Origin: an uncultured Anaerolineales bacterium | Lineage (GTDB): Bacteria > Chloroflexota > Anaerolineae > CG2-30-64-16 | DNA: 63,159 bases | Direction of reading: 5' to 3' | Assembly: GCA_964387985.1 (NCBI GenBank) | Contig: CAYLZG010000008.1 | Location: forward strand, 1 to 63,159 | Shown: one piece after another, positions 9,716 to 18,399 of the stretch | How the letters are laid out: each line of letters begins with the position of its first letter | How positions within the stretch are numbered: the first letter of the stretch is position 1 | The notes under the pieces: generated by a model | Told to the model about the DNA's origin: nothing | Seen by the model: the letters and a program-made list of their open reading frames with translations, nothing else | The model's database searches: none | Translations under genes and position numbers: made by a program

Positions 9716-12700
9716 CTACCTGCTAATGAGCGGCAGGTAGATCCTGTAGATTATAGGAGCAGATGTGCTTGTCGGCGTCGCAGTCGGTTCCGGCGTGTTC
9801 GTCGGCGTGGCCGTTGGTTCCGGCGTGTTCGTCGACGTGGCCGTCGGTTCCGGCGTGTTCGTCGGCGTGGCCGTCGGCTCCGGCGTGTTCGTCGGTGTAG
9901 CCGTCGGTTCCGACGTGTTCGTCGGCGTCGCAGTCGGCGCCAGGACCTCTCCGAAGTTCACCGCCTTGTGTTGGCCGCCCACGATCGTGACAGAGACCGT
10001 GTCGGGTGATGTGCTGATGTAGCCTGCCGGCTGGGTCGCCTGGACTACCTTGTAGGCACCCGGAACGACACCGGAGAACTCGAACCAGCCCGTAGCGCCC
10101 ACCGAGTTAACTGTCTGCAGCAGCGCGTTGGTCGCAGCATTCCGGAGTTGGATCGCGACACCTGGAATACCAGCCGTCTCGCCCGCATCACGGATGCCGT
10201 TCCCATTGGTGTCGATGAAGACCCAGCCAAAGAGCCGCGGCGCTGTGTAGCCAAAGTCCACAGTGAGCTGGCTTTCACCGCGAGCCAGACTGACCGTCTC
10301 CGGGCTGTTACCTGTCGTCAGGAAGTGATTGGCAGGCACGGTGGTCGCATCCACTTTGACCTGATACTGGCCGGCCCGCAATCCATCAAACAGATACTTC
10401 CCGTCCGCGCCCGTCGTGGCCGACTTGTTGACGGCAGCACCGAACTCATCCGTGCCGGTCAGATCGACCTCGACGCCAGCCAGGCCAGGCTCACCCGCAT
10501 CCTGTGTACCGTTCGCATTGGTGTCATACCAAACCTGGTCCCCGATGCTGCTGAGCGCGTAGGGTTTGACACACAATGCGCCACCATAGACCAGTGGGAC
10601 CTGTTCCTGGCCGCGTGTATCCGTCGCCCGAACGTTCAGCAGGCTCAGCGGTGAACCACAGCCCACCTTCAGAGCTGTGAAGTCGATATGCGCGAGAACA
10701 CCATTGCCGCTGGGTCCCGGATTGGGGCCGAAGGAAATCTGGCCATACTCCAGGTTGCCCGCGGCATTATCGATGGTTGGCCCGATCTCGTTGATGGGCC
10801 TGACGGCGCTGATGAAGCCGCCATCGCGCACATCATCCACCTGGGCGATGCTCGCATTCCAGTTCAGCTCGAACTGGAAGCCGCCGAGATCATAGGCACA
10901 CTCGGCAACGACATCCACGGTGAACTGAGGATCAATTACGAAGATCTCCGCGCTCGCCGGCACCAGCTTGATGATGAATGGCTTGACCGCGATGCTGTTA
11001 CTCACTACCGTGTTGGGTTGCACGAACCCGTCGATGTCCGTCAAGATGACGTTGGACAACGTGAGGGAGGACGTGCCGGCCAGCGTCTTGCCGCGGAACT
11101 GGATCACCGCGAGCTTACCATCACCGCTCGGTCCATCCATGGCACCACTGCTGGCCGCACCCACCGAGATCGTCCCCGCCGCGTTGTCGATGATCGGGGC
11201 CGCTGGAATGAGGGTCCGTCCGGTGCTGCCAAGGAAGCCGCCATCGGTAACTCCCACGACTTCCATCAGAGCCGGGTTGAACGCCAGCTTGAACTGGTAG
11301 GCGCCAAGGTTGGATGCATCATCAACCCGAACCTCGACGTTGAACGCGTTGCGGACGCAGGCGGCCTGTGTCACCAAATGCACGTTGGCCGTAGGCAGCG
11401 GCTTGATGATCGCCTTGCCGTCCGTCACCGTCGCGTTCTGCTCGAAGCCCTTCGTCGAAGTCAGGATGACCCTGCTCAAGTCCAGCGGGCTGGTGCCCAC
11501 TCCGATTCCGCGGAAACGAATGGTGGCCAACTTGTGAGGGCCGCCGTTCGCACCCGCCTGGGCGCCACTGGAAATCTGACCATAGCTGATCAGGCCTGCG
11601 CTGACCGTCGGGCCCACCGGGGTTACCGTGCGGCCAGTGGCCGAAATCAGCGTGCCACCGGTCAACGACACATACTCCAACACGTCCTTGTCGTATGCGA
11701 GGTTGAACTGGAAGGCGCCGAGGTCCGCTGCAGCGCTCACCATAACATTCACATCAACGAAGTCGCCGATTTCCTTCGTCTGCGTGATCGGCTGGATGTA
11801 GACCTTGGCGACGGGCAACGCACTGACTGTGACTTGGCCCGAACTTGCGGTCGAGGGCTGCGCGTAACCAAGTGTCGTGGTTGCGATCTGATTGGAGAGT
11901 GTCAGAGGGGACGTACCAGTAGCCATCGCCTGGAAGTGCAGTGTCACCAGATCACCCGCGCCCTCAGGACCAGCGGCAGCCCCGGTGCTATACTCACCAT
12001 ACGCCACAACACCCGCCGACAGGCTAGTCGTCGGGAACACAGTACGGCCAGTGCTGTGCAGGAAGCCAGCAAGCGGATCGCTGGTCCCTATGAACTGGAG
12101 TTTTGCGGGATCATACGCCAGCTTGAACTCGAATGCGCCCAAGTCCACGGCGCCGTCAATGTGGATCTTGATGTAGACATCGTCACCAATGGTGACCGTC
12201 TGGTCCGCGGGCACAACGCTGAACTGTGCACTTGACAACTGCGCGACACGGACGACGCCGTCCACAGGCACACTGCCTTGCACGACACCGGCCGCAGTCG
12301 TCAAGATCACATTCGACAGATCGAGCGGGCTGGAACCAGATGCGATCGCTGTGAACTCGATGGTGGCGAGGACCTGCGGGCCACCGGTAGGACCAGTCGC
12401 AGCAGCTGAAAACTGGCCGTAGCTGATGGCACCTGGGGTGATCGTCGGGCCGAGTGCGGTAACTGTTCCCAGATAATTACCGCCTGTCAAGCCTTCATAG
12501 GAAAGCACGGTCGGGTTGAATGCCAGGTTAAACTGGAACGAACCCGAGTTCAACACATAGTCAGCCACCACATCCACCGTGAACGTATCCCCCAAGGTCA
12601 CATCCTTGGAGGCCGGAACGATGCGCACGTTGGTGATGGTTGATTCCACCTTTACGCTGCCGTTGGTGGTCGTGAACGGGAGGCCACCGAGGTTAGTCTT

Positions 12701-13177
12701 CGGTGCTGCTGCGAAGGTGAGCGATGAGGTGCCAGCAGCGACGGCTTCGAACGTGATGGTCGCCAAGACACCCGACCCATCCACGCCGCCACCCAGGCTG
12801 ATTCCACCAAAGGCCACGTTGCCCGGGCTCAGCACCGGGCCCACGCTGATTGCAGGCTGAGCCAGGAAGGCAGTAGCCCCGCTGACGCTCAGAGCGTGGA
12901 TCAGTGAGTTGTTGTAGACCAACTCTACCTGATACCCTTCCAATCCGATCACGTCTTCCACGCGAACGTCAACGGTGAAGGTTTCGCCCACGCGCGGGTT
13001 GGTGGCCGGACCAACCAGGCGCAACTCGGCAACGCTGCCTTGCGTGTTCGGCTGGGCGACCGGCGCGGCAATCGCCAAGCCACTGGAGCCAAGCAACAGC
13101 ACCAGCAGGATAACCAAGGCCCGGCCCAGTGATCCGCCATACCGGCGAAACGGCCGAGTAGGATTGGGTAGTTTCAT
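9716..13177 (-). CDS. scaffoldin-like protein: six tandem cohesin modules, two Cna-B/SdrD-type domains, [10 protein letters not shown] repeats and a YLPLISR tail
   Basis: The ATG at 13177 follows an AGGAGAAG RBS; the track's upstream extension overlaps the preceding gene. There is a signal/TM segment ([18 protein letters not shown]). Six ~135-aa repeats (roughly 10560-13030) each carry L(G/E)(A/G)(F/Y)(Q/E)F.LA(Y/F)(D/N)P and ..LATI.F.A blocks. Two SdrD-B-like units follow ([28 protein letters not shown]... and [17 protein letters not shown]...). The C-terminus is ...[12 protein letters not shown]. Confidence 0.85.
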   Translation of the reverse strand: MKLPNPTRPFRRYGGSLGRALVILLVLLLGSSGLAIAAPVAQPNTQGSVAELRLVGPATNPRVGETFTVDVRVEDVIGLEGYQVELVYNNSLIHALSVSGATAFLAQPAISVGPVLSPGNVAFGGISLGGGVDGSGVLATITFEAVAAGTSSLTFAAAPKTNLGGLPFTTTNGSVKVESTITNVRIVPASKDVTLGDTFTVDVVADYVLNSGSFQFNLAFNPTVLSYEGLTGGNYLGTVTALGPTITPGAISYGQFSAAATGPTGGPQVLATIEFTAIASGSSPLDLSNVILTTAAGVVQGSVPVDGVVRVAQLSSAQFSVVPADQTVTIGDDVYIKIHIDGAVDLGAFEFKLAYDPAKLQFIGTSDPLAGFLHSTGRTVFPTTSLSAGVVAYGEYSTGAAAGPEGAGDLVTLHFQAMATGTSPLTLSNQIATTTLGYAQPSTASSGQVTVSALPVAKVYIQPITQTKEIGDFVDVNVMVSAAADLGAFQFNLAYDKDVLEYVSLTGGTLISATGRTVTPVGPTVSAGLISYGQISSGAQAGANGGPHKLATIRFRGIGVGTSPLDLSRVILTSTKGFEQNATVTDGKAIIKPLPTANVHLVTQAACVRNAFNVEVRVDDASNLGAYQFKLAFNPALMEVVGVTDGGFLGSTGRTLIPAAPIIDNAAGTISVGAASSGAMDGPSGDGKLAVIQFRGKTLAGTSSLTLSNVILTDIDGFVQPNTVVSNSIAVKPFIIKLVPASAEIFVIDPQFTVDVVAECAYDLGGFQFELNWNASIAQVDDVRDGGFISAVRPINEIGPTIDNAAGNLEYGQISFGPNPGPSGNGVLAHIDFTALKVGCGSPLSLLNVRATDTRGQEQVPLVYGGALCVKPYALSSIGDQVWYDTNANGTQDAGEPGLAGVEVDLTGTDEFGAAVNKSATTGADGKYLFDGLRAGQYQVKVDATTVPANHFLTTGNSPETVSLARGESQLTVDFGYTAPRLFGWVFIDTNGNGIRDAGETAGIPGVAIQLRNAATNALLQTVNSVGATGWFEFSGVVPGAYKVVQATQPAGYISTSPDTVSVTIVGGQHKAVNFGEVLAPTATPTNTSEPTATPTNTPEPTATPTNTPEPTATSTNTPEPTATPTNTPEPTATPTSTSAPIIYRIYLPLISR
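9769..9942 (-). repeat. 30-bp coding tandem repeat (5 full copies plus partial flanks)
   Basis: The units at 9781-9810, 9811-9840, 9841-9870, 9871-9900 and 9901-9930 differ by 1-4 nt. They encode [10 protein letters not shown] decapeptides in the scaffoldin linker. Confidence 0.85.
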
Positions 13178-13232
13178 GAGAACTTCTCCTTGCGAATGGT
13201 CAACAGGCCGGATGCCCGCTGCGCTGAAGATA

Positions 13233-14336
13233 CTACTTGCCGGCGCCCCGCGTGCTCTTCCGTCCGCTGTGCCGCCAGAGAAAGATGCCGCCGGCGCCCA
13301 AAAGCGCGCCAAAGCCGATGAGAACAGGTCCGACGATGCTGCCAGTACCGCCTGAAGACGGCGGAGGCGGGGTCGCACCGGGCACGGTCGTGTCTTTCGG
13401 CGCAAAGATGGCCGTTTCGCCGGGTCGCGGGGTCAAGCTCGGCAGTGCGCGCGGCGTAACCGTCCCCAGAGCGATCGCGGTGCGCAAAGCATGGGCCGTG
13501 GCGGTCGCCACTTTAACGATCTGCGTTTCGATCGGTTCAGGGGTGTCCGTTGGTGTCTCCGGGGTCGGAGAGGCCAATGGAGTATCGGTGGCGCCCGTTA
13601 CCGCCACGGTTGAAGTCGATACGGCAGACGTCACAGACGTAGAGCTGTCGAAGGTAGCCGGCACTGTAACGTTCGGTGCCGCGGTTGCAGCCGGTGTTGG
13701 CCCAGCCACCTCGGTGGCCGGCGCCTCCATCGTGATCGTTGCCGGCGCGAGTGTTGCCGTTGGTAGAACAACATCGCCCGTGAAAACAACTTGTGCGCCT
13801 TGCACGGAGGCCGAAATCCCCGTTCCTTGCGTGTCGGCCAGCCGCACATCGGACAACACCAGGCTACCTTCGCCGGCCCGGAGGGCTGTGATGCTGAGGG
13901 TGACCAACACACCGTCACCGCTCGCGCCAGACGTCGTCCCGAGTGTCACCGCACCTGCGCTTACTCTGCCTGTCACCCGATCGTCCTTGATACCGACCGG
14001 AATTACCGTGCGGTTCGTACTGCCGATGAATGGGCCAAGCTTCGCTTCATCAATCTGAACCAAGGCTGGATCGTATGCGAAGACCAACTCAAAGGCGCCC
14101 AGGTCGTTGACACCTTCGACTGCTACGTTAACTTCAAAACGCTCGCCGGCCGCACGCGCGATCTCCGCAGGAGTCACCAGGATGGTGGCTTGCTCCTGCA
14201 GGGTTGGAGCCGCGCCGGTAACGACGGTCGAGCCGACCAAGCCAAAGAGAATCAGAGCCACCGTGATCGCACCCAGGCGAAGCCCACCGTGACTGGAAAA
14301 GATCCCTCCGGCTTGTACGCTTCCAACAAGCGGCAT
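13233..14336 (-). CDS. single-cohesin protein with Thr/Pro linker and C-terminal TM anchor (candidate anchoring scaffoldin)
   Basis: Signal/TM segment LGAITVALILFGLVGSTVV. One cohesin module (VNDLGAFELVFAYDPALVQI..., GVLVTLSITALRAG). T/P/A-rich linker. Tripartite C-terminus: PPSSGGTGS, then a hydrophobic helix IVGPVLIGFGALLGAGGIFLW, then a basic tail RHSGRKSTRGAGK. Confidence 0.8.
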   Translation of the reverse strand: MPLVGSVQAGGIFSSHGGLRLGAITVALILFGLVGSTVVTGAAPTLQEQATILVTPAEIARAAGERFEVNVAVEGVNDLGAFELVFAYDPALVQIDEAKLGPFIGSTNRTVIPVGIKDDRVTGRVSAGAVTLGTTSGASGDGVLVTLSITALRAGEGSLVLSDVRLADTQGTGISASVQGAQVVFTGDVVLPTATLAPATITMEAPATEVAGPTPAATAAPNVTVPATFDSSTSVTSAVSTSTVAVTGATDTPLASPTPETPTDTPEPIETQIVKVATATAHALRTAIALGTVTPRALPSLTPRPGETAIFAPKDTTVPGATPPPPSSGGTGSIVGPVLIGFGALLGAGGIFLWRHSGRKSTRGAGK

Positions 14337-14358
14337 AAATCCCTCATGTCCACAGACA

Positions 14359-14398
14359 CACTTCTACCCCAGCCCCAGTGAGGGCTGGGGTAGAAGTG
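14359..14398 (-). terminator. perfect 17-bp stem-loop
   Basis: CACTTCTACCCCAGCCC (14359-14375), loop CAGTGA, GGGCTGGGGTAGAAGTG (14382-14398). It lies between the dockerin gene stop and the 14336 start. Confidence 0.5.
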
Positions 14399-14430
14399 GG
14401 TTCGGTAGTGTAGCTTATTCAGGTGGAAGC

Positions 14431-14461
14431 GAGGTCACTGCGCACCTGGCGCAGTGACCTC
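14431..14461 (-). terminator. perfect 13-bp stem-loop 13 nt after the dockerin gene stop
   Basis: GAGGTCACTGCGC (14431-14443), loop ACCTG, GCGCAGTGACCTC (14449-14461). No T-tract follows. Confidence 0.5.
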
Positions 14462-14473
14462 ACTATCAGAGGT

Positions 14474-17400
14474 TCAGAAATGGCACGTGTCGCCGATATG
14501 GTTGATGACCTTCATGAAGTCGATCACGGTGATCACACCATCACCGTCCACATCGTATGCGGCCACCCAGTTCGGGCTGGCTGCCGTCTCTTGCCAGTGC
14601 GGCACCATCATCAAGACATCATTGACGGTGACCTCGGTGTCCTGGTCCCAATCGTAGTTCAGGTCGCAATTCGGGACGCAGGGATCAGTGCCCTTCAGCA
14701 TTTCCTGGATGTTGGTGTAGCCATCGGCATCCGGATCAGCAGTAGCATCGGCCACGGTCGCCTGGAGGCAATCGTACTTGACTTCATAGCCGTCAGGCAT
14801 GAGGTCGGCGTCGGTGTCCCTCTTCAGTGGATCGGTGCCGTAAACATCGATCTCATCACCGTCCTTCAGACCATCACCGTCGCTGTCAGCCTTCATTGGG
14901 TCAGTGCCCTTGGCGACTTCCTCGCCGTCCATCAGGCCGTCATCGTCGCTGTCAGGGTCCGTCGCGTAGGTGCGGTAGATGAAGAGCTCCTCGCCGTCCT
15001 TGAGCCCGTCATTGTCAGTGTCTGCCTTGGTGGGATCGGTCCCATAGTACTGGACCTCATCGCCATCACCGACCCGATCGCCATCGGTGTCGGCGTCGCA
15101 CGGATCGGTGCCAATCTTGACTTCATCCCCGTCCAGCAGGTAGTCGCCATCCGAGTCAGGGTTGCTGATGAGGGGGCAGGCACCCATTTCCTGGGCATCC
15201 GGCAGGCCGTCGTGGTCGAGATCGGATATGTCATCCAGGCCATTCTGCGGGTTATGGGGGTAGCCCATCTCGGACAACTGCCATTCGACGAAGTCGGTCA
15301 CGCCACCGTCATCGGTGTCCGGCATCGTGCAGCTCGTGGTATAGCCGTCCTCACCCAGTCTGCCTTCTTCCCCGTCGTCCAGGCCATCATTATCGGTGTC
15401 GGCCTTGGTCGGATCGCATGACTGCCAGCTGCCCGGGCCACCGGGGTACGGAGCAGGGACACGCCCATTAACTTCTACGCCATCGCTCCAGCCGTCATCG
15501 TCGGTGTCCCTGTCGCACGGATCGGTCTTGAGGCCGAATTCCTGCACATTTGTCAGAGTGTCACCATCCGCGTCCAAGGCTGCGTCGCCCGGAATGAGGG
15601 GGCTCAGCGAAGCGCATTGGCCATAGGTAACTTCCCACCCATCCGGCATACCGTCCTCGTCGGTGTCGGCAACGCACGGTTTGGTGCCAAGGGCCTTCTC
15701 TTCGACATTGGTCAGGCCATCCACGTCAGGATCGGCCGCTGCGTCGTCCACCAGCGCGTCCAGGCACGAGTTGGCGAGCTCGTAGCCGTCGAGCATGGTG
15801 TCGTCATCGGTGTCGATGTCACAGGGATCGGTGCCGGCATTCATCTCATCGATGTTCAGAGCGCCGTCGCCATCCGTGTCAGAGGCGTTGTTCGCCGTCA
15901 GCGGGCTCAGACAGGCATTGTGGATCTCGTAACCATCCAGCATACCGTCGTCGTCGCTGTCGGGATCACACGGCTCACTCTTGTTGATCTCCTCGATGTT
16001 GGTCGCGCCGTCATCGTCAGGGTCCGCATCCGCATCGTCTACCACCGGGTTGAGGCAGGGTCGGATCGTCTCATAGAGGTCCGGCAGCGCATCACCGTCG
16101 GTGTCACCATTGCACGGGTCGGTCTCATCACCGGAGTACGCCTCGCCGTCCCGGCCCAGGTATTCCGCCAGGTTGGTCAGGCCATCCGTATCCAAGTCCC
16201 CGCCAGCATCGTTGACAAGCACGTCGAGGGCGCAGCCAGCAGCTGCCTTATCGACCTCATACTTGTCGTCCATGCCATCCCCGTCGGTGTCATAGTAGCA
16301 TGGCTCGCTGACGTTGTATTCCTGAATATTGGTCAGGCCGTCGCCGTCAGGATCCGCAGCCGCGTCGTTCACCAGCGCGTCCAGGCAGTCGCGCATGAGC
16401 TCGTACCCATCGAGCATGCCATCTTCGTCGGTGTCGGCGACACACGGATCGGTGCCGGCCTTCATCTCCACGATATTGGTCGCGCCGTCGCTGTCCGGGT
16501 CACGGTTCCGGTCAGCAACCTTCGGATTGAGACAAGCATTGGCTAACTCGTAGCCGTCGTTCATGGTATCGTCATCGGTGTCGGCGTCGCAGGGATTGGT
16601 ATTATCCCCGGTGGGCGGGAACGTGAAATGATCCGCCGTCCCATCCGAATACTTCAGCGGCTCCAAGCCATCCTTGCCCAGGTATTCCGCGCCACTGAGA
16701 GCGCCATCGGCATCCGGATCTTTGTCGGCATCCGCCACGAGCGCGTTCAGGCACGCATTGCCGTCAGCATCTGTGGCGTAGAACGCCTCGAAGCCGTCAT
16801 TCATGCCATCGCCATCGGTGTCGATGTCGCAGGGATCGGAGCCAACCGTGAACTCATTCAAGCTGCCGAAGCCATCCAGGTCAGGGTCAAGGCCCTTATC
16901 GTCGACCACCGGGTTCAGACACGCATGGGCAGCCTCATAGGCATCGGGCATGCCGTCCGCGTCGGTGTCCTTGACGCAGGGGTTGGTCTTGAGAGCCATC
17001 TCCTGGATATTGGTCAGACCGTCTTCATCTGCGTCGTCATCGGCATCCGCCACGGTGGCATCCAAACATGCATTGGCCCACTCGTAGTCGTCGGTCATGC
17101 CGTCGCCATCAGAGTCGTTGCTGCACGGATTGGTGCCCATGAGGTATTCGTTCAGGCTGCCCTGGCCATCCCCATCCGGGTCTTCGCCTCTGTCGTCGAA
17201 GTACAGAGGATCCAGACACTCATGGGAGACCTCGAAACCGTCAGGCATGCCATCCGCGTCAGTGTCGGCAGCGCATGGGTCAGTGCCGGCCGCCATTTCC
17301 GCGATGTTGCTCAGGTCATCATCGTCGGGATCAGCGTTGGCATCAGCCGTGATCGGCTTCAGGCAGGGGTTCGCCACCTCATAGTCATCGGGCATGCCGT

Positions 17401-17968
17401 CGCCGTCGCTGTCCTTCGACAGGGGGTTGGTGAGATGGGTGTTTACTTCCGCCCCGTCCGACAATGTGTCACCATCGGTGTCAGCCTTCAGCGGATCGGT
17501 ATGGTACACGATCAGCTCGGACGAGTCCTTCAGTCCATCACCGTCGGTATCAGACTTCGTGGGGTCGGTGCCAGCCTGGAACTCGGCCAGGTTAGACAGG
17601 TTGTCACCGTCTTTGTCGCCGCCCGCATCCGTCGGATCCAGCGGGTCCAGCCCAAAGTTCTTTTCCCAACCGTCAGGCATCCCGTCGCCGTCCGTGTCCC
17701 ACTTGAGGGGATTGGTTTCACCGGCGTCCTGGATGGCGTTGGCATTAACATCTTCTTCATAGCCATCGCGCAAGCCATCTGCGTCCGTGTCGGGGTTGTT
17801 AGGGTTAGTGCCCCAGATCGTTTCAGCAGCATCGCAAAGGCCGTCGAAATCGGCATCGGGCGCAAGGGCCGGACACACAGGATCGGCCGCAAAGGCCGCA
17901 CCGGCTGTAAATGCCATGACCATCGCGACAATGGCCAACAGCGCAAGCCATTTCATCTTGGCGTGCAT
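14474..17968 (-). CDS. secreted Ca-binding thrombospondin-type-3-repeat protein with C-terminal dockerin
   Basis: The ATG at 17968 lies after a GGAGGAGAG RBS, with signal peptide MHAKMKWLALLAIVAMVMAFTAGAAFA. About 1050 aa consist of D.D.DG..D..E (TSP3) units organised in ~37-40-aa Cys-containing modules (..PC..DTD.DGM.DGYE....CL.P.V.DA..DPD.DGL(T/S)N..E...GT.PC). A C-terminal dockerin follows. Confidence 0.85.
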   Translation of the reverse strand: MHAKMKWLALLAIVAMVMAFTAGAAFAADPVCPALAPDADFDGLCDAAETIWGTNPNNPDTDADGLRDGYEEDVNANAIQDAGETNPLKWDTDGDGMPDGWEKNFGLDPLDPTDAGGDKDGDNLSNLAEFQAGTDPTKSDTDGDGLKDSSELIVYHTDPLKADTDGDTLSDGAEVNTHLTNPLSKDSDGDGMPDDYEVANPCLKPITADANADPDDDDLSNIAEMAAGTDPCAADTDADGMPDGFEVSHECLDPLYFDDRGEDPDGDGQGSLNEYLMGTNPCSNDSDGDGMTDDYEWANACLDATVADADDDADEDGLTNIQEMALKTNPCVKDTDADGMPDAYEAAHACLNPVVDDKGLDPDLDGFGSLNEFTVGSDPCDIDTDGDGMNDGFEAFYATDADGNACLNALVADADKDPDADGALSGAEYLGKDGLEPLKYSDGTADHFTFPPTGDNTNPCDADTDDDTMNDGYELANACLNPKVADRNRDPDSDGATNIVEMKAGTDPCVADTDEDGMLDGYELMRDCLDALVNDAAADPDGDGLTNIQEYNVSEPCYYDTDGDGMDDKYEVDKAAAGCALDVLVNDAGGDLDTDGLTNLAEYLGRDGEAYSGDETDPCNGDTDGDALPDLYETIRPCLNPVVDDADADPDDDGATNIEEINKSEPCDPDSDDDGMLDGYEIHNACLSPLTANNASDTDGDGALNIDEMNAGTDPCDIDTDDDTMLDGYELANSCLDALVDDAAADPDVDGLTNVEEKALGTKPCVADTDEDGMPDGWEVTYGQCASLSPLIPGDAALDADGDTLTNVQEFGLKTDPCDRDTDDDGWSDGVEVNGRVPAPYPGGPGSWQSCDPTKADTDNDGLDDGEEGRLGEDGYTTSCTMPDTDDGGVTDFVEWQLSEMGYPHNPQNGLDDISDLDHDGLPDAQEMGACPLISNPDSDGDYLLDGDEVKIGTDPCDADTDGDRVGDGDEVQYYGTDPTKADTDNDGLKDGEELFIYRTYATDPDSDDDGLMDGEEVAKGTDPMKADSDGDGLKDGDEIDVYGTDPLKRDTDADLMPDGYEVKYDCLQATVADATADPDADGYTNIQEMLKGTDPCVPNCDLNYDWDQDTEVTVNDVLMMVPHWQETAASPNWVAAYDVDGDGVITVIDFMKVINHIGDTCHF
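14477..14671 (-). other. dockerin module (two EF-hand-like segments)
   Basis: The sequence is DWDQDTEVTVNDVLMMVPHW ... DVDGDGVITVIDFMKVINHIG, i.e. duplicated D.D.D(G)..(T/V)..D loop-helix units typical of dockerins. It is the only such module in the window. Confidence 0.75.
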
Positions 17969-18399
17969 AGGACTCTCCTCCAAGGGTGCAGAAAAATGAG
18001 TGGTGGTAGAAAACCGATGCCGGTTACCATGAGATAGCCGGTAGAACGCAAAACGAAGTGAGACAAAGGTTACCCGATAATCACCTCCTTTGCAGCGTCA
18101 GTCTTGGTAGACCGGTGGGATATGCCCCAGATGAAACTGGCGAGCCGCGGGAAATCGCCGATGGGAAGCCAGAGAACATGGACTCTGGCAGGGTGGCCGA
18201 ACGTAATCACACACACTTCATCCTGTCAATCGGAATGGCGGTGACGCGGCCACCGTACAACGGTGCATAATGCACTTCCTACTCGCTTAGTCGCCAAGGG
18301 TAAGGCAATCCTTCGCAAATTTGTGCAGATTTGAGCAAGAATATCCGTTGAGATCACATGGCATCCGGTGGGAGCCCCAGGGAGCAACGCGCGTCGCCT

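Noticed and set aside
9769-9942. Regular 30-bp repeats as a possible CRISPR-like or minisatellite array.
   Set aside because: The repeats are contiguous with no spacers, lie in-frame inside a well-supported gene, and encode a [10 protein letters not shown] linker.
13178-13405. The N-terminal extension of the scaffoldin ORF (track start at 13405).
   Set aside because: The extension overlaps the 3' end of the preceding gene (13233-14336) in another frame and is Arg/Ala/Ser-rich. The internal ATG at 13177 has an AGGAGAAG RBS and is followed by a signal peptide.
10688-18037. Large + strand ORFs opposite the scaffoldin and TSP3 genes (10688..12235, 13237..14058, 14423..15421, 15617..16546, 16628..18037).
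   Set aside because: They are mirror images of repetitive GAC/GGC/GTC-rich coding sequence on the - strand. Their translations are low-complexity V/G/I/R strings, whereas the - strand products have clear domain repeats, signal peptides and RBSs.
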